Positions 59,506 through 64,000 of a stretch of 64,000 nucleotides of DNA are shown piece by piece (position 1 is the first letter of the stretch; every line of letters begins with the position of its first letter). Below the pieces are notes generated by a model. The model saw only the letters and a program-made list of their open reading frames with translations, ran no database searches and was not told the DNA's origin. The DNA comes from Ostrea edulis (lineage: Eukaryota), in NCBI RefSeq assembly GCF_947568905.1, contig NC_079164.1, forward strand, positions 26,288,001-26,352,000, written 5' to 3'. A program made the position numbers and the translations under genes.

Positions 59506-60125
59506 TTGTTGTTTTTATTAATTTAAAAACCCGAGATTCATGATTATCTAGGACTTTATAATTTAGAAAATTTTTCAACTAGATGTGGATGTTTGTTTTG
59601 GGTGTTGTTGTTGCCCCCCCCCCCCTTAATTTTTAACATCCCCTTCTTTGCATGGTAAACATGGGATAGAAATTGAAAGCATCTTAAAAAAAATTATAGT
59701 TGCACCTTTTCCCCCCTATAATTAAAATTATTATGCAATTTTTCTTTTAAAAAAAAAGTAGCCTATGTACTCTGTAATACTACTACATGTACCTCTATTC
59801 TTCGTAAACACAAATTATAGTCATTTAATGTATTGATTTGTGTATGATGTAGATTAAACATATTGTATGACAATCATATAAATTATTGTATTGCGAGAGG
59901 GTTATCTAAATTTTTGAACTTGTGCCTAATCTTTTTGATGTTTTGTCAATAAAATATGTTCAATTCAATGCGTCTAGTATTTCACTTGTATAGAATCCTT
60001 ACGCTAGTGAATATCGATTATTGCATGAAACGGGCTATAACGTACGAGTACGAAAATTCTTCGTAAAATTCAGACTAGAATACGGCATAGTCTCGTTATA
60101 ATAATTAGGTTTATTACTGACTATC

Positions 60126-61188
60126 CATCGTCGGAAACCCACGGTCGGTCGCTCTATTCGTTTACCTACCGTGGGTCACAAGGCCAGTATTTTCGCTGGA
60201 AGGTGTGTCTCGGCTTCTATATGCGATTGGTCGCTTTACCATTTCTTATTGCGATATTCAAACCAATGAAAAAGCCCTTTATTTCCAGTCCTCGGGTAGC
60301 ATAGAAAAAGCCAAAATTTTGACTACATTTAAGTTGAACAAGTTACAAAACTTTCAGCGAGATGCTTTATCTGCATTATTGAAGCGGAGGGTGTATTTGT
60401 GTCTATAAAGACGGAGGAGGAAAAAGCCTGTGTTGCCAAGCGTTTGATATCTTAAGTTGCGTACGAGTCTATGTACAGGTCTACATGTTCAACACGAGTT
60501 CGTAGTTCCATCATACGGGAGCAATTTTTTTAACACGTGCCATGAAGCAGTGATGATAATAAACATACCAGAGGCGGATCCAGGATTTCCGAGGGGGGGG
60601 GGGGTCACATGTGAAAGAGAAGTATGGGGGGTCCGCCATTACAGCTGACATTTTGAGTACCGGGAATGATTACGGCGATTTCCATTGGTACTCGATAGGT
60701 CACGTAAGATCACGCATTTTTTAAAATGAGTTAGATTTATAGGTTATAGACTTTGTATGGGAAAATATGACGACCGAGTTTTTTGGCGCGTAGACGGACC
60801 GAGCTTGCGAGGTCCGTCCGCGACAAAAAACGAGGTCGTCATATTTTCCCACACAAAGTCTATAACCTTTTTATTATATACTTTCAATTTCATTTAGAAA
60901 CTATCAATAATTTATTTTTAACAATTTCTTTATTGATTTAACTGAGTAAAAGATGAAAAACACGAAAACTTTGAAAATTAACGACGTAGTAATTTGCTTG
61001 TGTATTGATTGTGACGTAATGTTTGCGGGCCGGAATGTTTCCGGGCATATATCACACGATATATGCCCGCAAACTTTTAAAGAAAAAAGAAGAGATGAAA
61101 TTGAAAGTATATAATAAGCGAAAATATCGGCCTTGTGACCAACGGTTGGTAAACGAATAGAACGACCGACCGTGGGTTTTCGACGATG
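60126..61188. mobile_element. Non-autonomous TIR element, ~75-bp TIRs, 9-bp TSD (Mutator-like), with an internal hairpin at 60741-60868
   Basis: CATCGTCG(G/A)AAACCCACGGTCGGTCG termini; CTGACTATC duplicated at 60117-60125 and 61189-61197. Confidence 0.82.
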
Positions 61189-61785
61189 CTGACTATCTAG
61201 AGAAATAAAACAAATTGTAATAAGATTCAAGAAATTCTTTACATTTTGTGTTTTATGTGTCAATGTTTTTGAACAGCCAGTATTTGTTTTATTTCACTGT
61301 CACTCTTTGTTTCTCGTAATATTTTTTTGCTTTCTAGGGCTCGCGGCGGGTGTGACCTGTCGACAGGGGGTGTTTTCTTCCCTTAGGCACCTGATCCCAT
61401 CTCTGGTATATTCAGGGGTCCGTATTTGCCCAACTCTTAAATTTTGTATGTTGACAAATTATATTTTAAGAAAATAATAAATGATATAAAATCATATACC
61501 GATATGAACAATGTAGCCAACATTGATAGGATTATATATATGCATTTATCTTTAATATACCTATAAATAAGAAACAAGCTGCACATAAATTACAAAATAT
61601 GATTCGTAGGATTGTCTGCATCGTGTGCAAGAAGTGATATATTAATGTTATCGATACCTGATTTTATGTGACGATCACCCCCAGCGGATTCCAACTGAGA
61701 ATACATGTACATGTATCATCTAATGTTGATTTAATTTGTGCCCAGCGAAGTTGCTTCCGTTCTTTAGGTCCATTGTGTGATATGA

Positions 61786-62053
61786 TTAATTGATTGAATA
61801 TTGTTTAACGTCCCTCTCGAGAATATTTCACCTATATGGAGATCTCACCACTGCCGGTGAAGGGCTGCGAAATTTAGGCCTATGCTCGGCGCTTATGGCC
61901 ATTGAGCAGGGAGGGATCTTTATCGCGCCACACCTGCTGTGACATGGTACCTCGGTGTTTGCGGTCTCGATCCGAAGGACCGCCCCACTGAGTCGCCTCT
62001 TACGACAAGCAAGGGGGTACTGAGGACCTATTCTAACCCGGATCCCCACGTAA
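61786..62053 (-). mobile_element. Second copy of the head-less SINE, 14-bp TSD
   Basis: Reverse complement of 56242-56528; ATTGTGTGATATGA at 61772-61785 and 62054-62067. Confidence 0.88.
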
Positions 62054-64000
62054 ATTGTGTGATATGACCATCATGGAAACACATTTACGGCAAATTCTCC
62101 AAAATATAGTTGAGTTAGAATACTGAAGTGTGATACAATAGTCTGTGTAGCACCAACCTCCACAGAAATGTTGACATTTGTAGCATCATATAACCAGGAT
62201 CTAGATATACATCAGAAATGTTATAGGTATTCCTGGTTGTCTGAACTCGGAGCCGGTGTATCGACCCTACCCCAACACACACAGTGACAAACACACACAC
62301 TTCCCCGATAGATGGTTTGTATCATTGTGGTAGTGGATAAAGTATTACTCACTTGTTAGTAAACGTTCCTTGAATTTGAATGTGTTGTGCATGATAAATA
62401 AGCACAAGACTGTGTCTGCCAGGTGTCATTTCCGTTATTTGAATCATCGAATGAACGTTAAATTCAGGAGTTTTGGGGTATCATCAATAAACGACAACAC
62501 TATCTCTTGGCTAAACAAACTTTTTTGTTGTTGTTGAAAAAGAGCCATTTTTGTGTAATATTAATAGTTATTCACTAGATTGCCAAATTTACAACCATTA
62601 AACTCATTGGACATCAACATACATGTACCCTTCTCTGTCTCTAATCACTATGACATATTACAATATATATCTTTACTTTTATGAATAATAATATATACAT
62701 GTACTAGAAAACAGAAGCTTTCTCTCCATGGACTATAACCTCAAAAGGTCATGGATTTTTCAAATTTGAAACTGTAACGTATCTTGGCCAAATAAAGAAA
62801 AATGCCATGCAAAAATTCAGCGGGCATGTTCACGAAAGTTTTAAGATTTATCCTAGATACAACTTCAGATGCATCTAAGGACAAATGGTACAATATTGCT
62901 GACACACAGCCTTTGACTCGACATGACTGCAATACATACATTGGGAGAAAAGGGGAACAATGTTGACCCAAATTTACACAGGGCCGATCTGATTGCAAGA
63001 AATCACCTTGCAGCCAATGTAAAAACGGTGGTAATTAAGTCCTATTTTGCAAACTTTTTATGTCGTGCGAGTCAATGTAGTTCAAGTCGCCCACCAGAAA
63101 AGGACAAAATTCGCACAATGAATTCAATTTCGAAGTTTCCCAGCATGGAGAACGTAAACTGTAGATGCCACATGCACAGAAACATATATAACAGAGATAA
63201 GAAACTTTCTCGAGTATCACATAATGAATATACGATACAGTAATTTTTTTCTGCAAATGTTTGCGAACTTCATCTCAAGTTTAACAAACCAAAGACATTT
63301 CATTATTCATATTTTTCTGTATTTTTATATCATAAATACTTTAAGTAAAATATAGATATCGATTATTGACCTTAAGTTTAAAAAGACATTACAACTCATT
63401 TTTTGCGCAAAATGAGGTTAGTGTCTCTTTTATCTAAACGTACATGTAACAGCTGAAAATCACCTGCCCTTGTCTCCATATTTGGTAATGATTTCCATAT
63501 TTGAACAATGGTAAAGGGAATTATTCCAAGAAGGACAAACTCTGAACTCATAAAATAAACCATCATAAAATATATGTATATGTTATTTATTATTTTAAAT
63601 TCAAATAAATGGTAAAAATTAAACCAGAAAACATATTTTACAAAAGTTTCAACTATGCTGCGAAATACTTGTATATATTCAAAAGCAGACAGACGGCACT
63701 ACCGGATCTAACTAGACTGAAACAAATTGTGTCTTCATAGATGCAAATGACAAGCAATGAACTTCAGTAGAAACATTGACAATTCCAAAGGTTTGCGTTC
63801 GATATCTTTACCAATTGAAATGACAGTCATTTCCTCATGAATGTGAGTGATGTGTGCATGAATCGACGACCATTTTAACGGCTGGGAACTCCGGTAGAAA
63901 TGAATGTAAATGTAATAAAAAATAAATAAATATCATTTTTGAAAATACAGTGTATGAATAACATTTTACACTAGCACACTTTTTCATGAAGCGCTAAGGC

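Noticed and set aside
62100-63900. Possible terminal exon(s) of a further gene
   Set aside because: Only short frames with no recognisable similarity; cannot be supported without transcripts.

Overview
Eukaryotic, AT-rich genomic DNA. The repeat content (Cg170-like/Helentron cores, bivalve-type SINEs) points to an ostreid oyster; this is inferred, not verified. Two complete multi-exon genes lie head-to-head with 559 bp between start codons. Anillin (ANLN, - strand, 30198->45) has 19 coding exons, 3843 nt, 1280 aa. Acyloxyacyl hydrolase (AOAH, + strand, 30758->59120) has 18 coding exons, 1725 nt, 574 aa and one GC-AG intron. I rebuilt both by hand and all intron phases close. The introns hold minisatellites, MITEs, a 2-kb foldback element, a dead mariner, SINEs and a Penelope-like fragment. 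Most notable: (1) three minisatellites seeded from exon-intron junctions that multiply splice sites, one forming eight frame-preserving 24-nt pseudo-microexons in ANLN intron 14; (2) a candidate alternative first exon giving anillin a 58-aa acidic N-terminus; (3) ANLN-AOAH adjacency, which also exists on human 7p14 in a different orientation; (4) a minimal hammerhead ribozyme candidate; (5) three CAGGG-ended MITE families with 5-bp target duplications. No prokaryotic features, CRISPR arrays, rRNA or true tRNA genes are supported.
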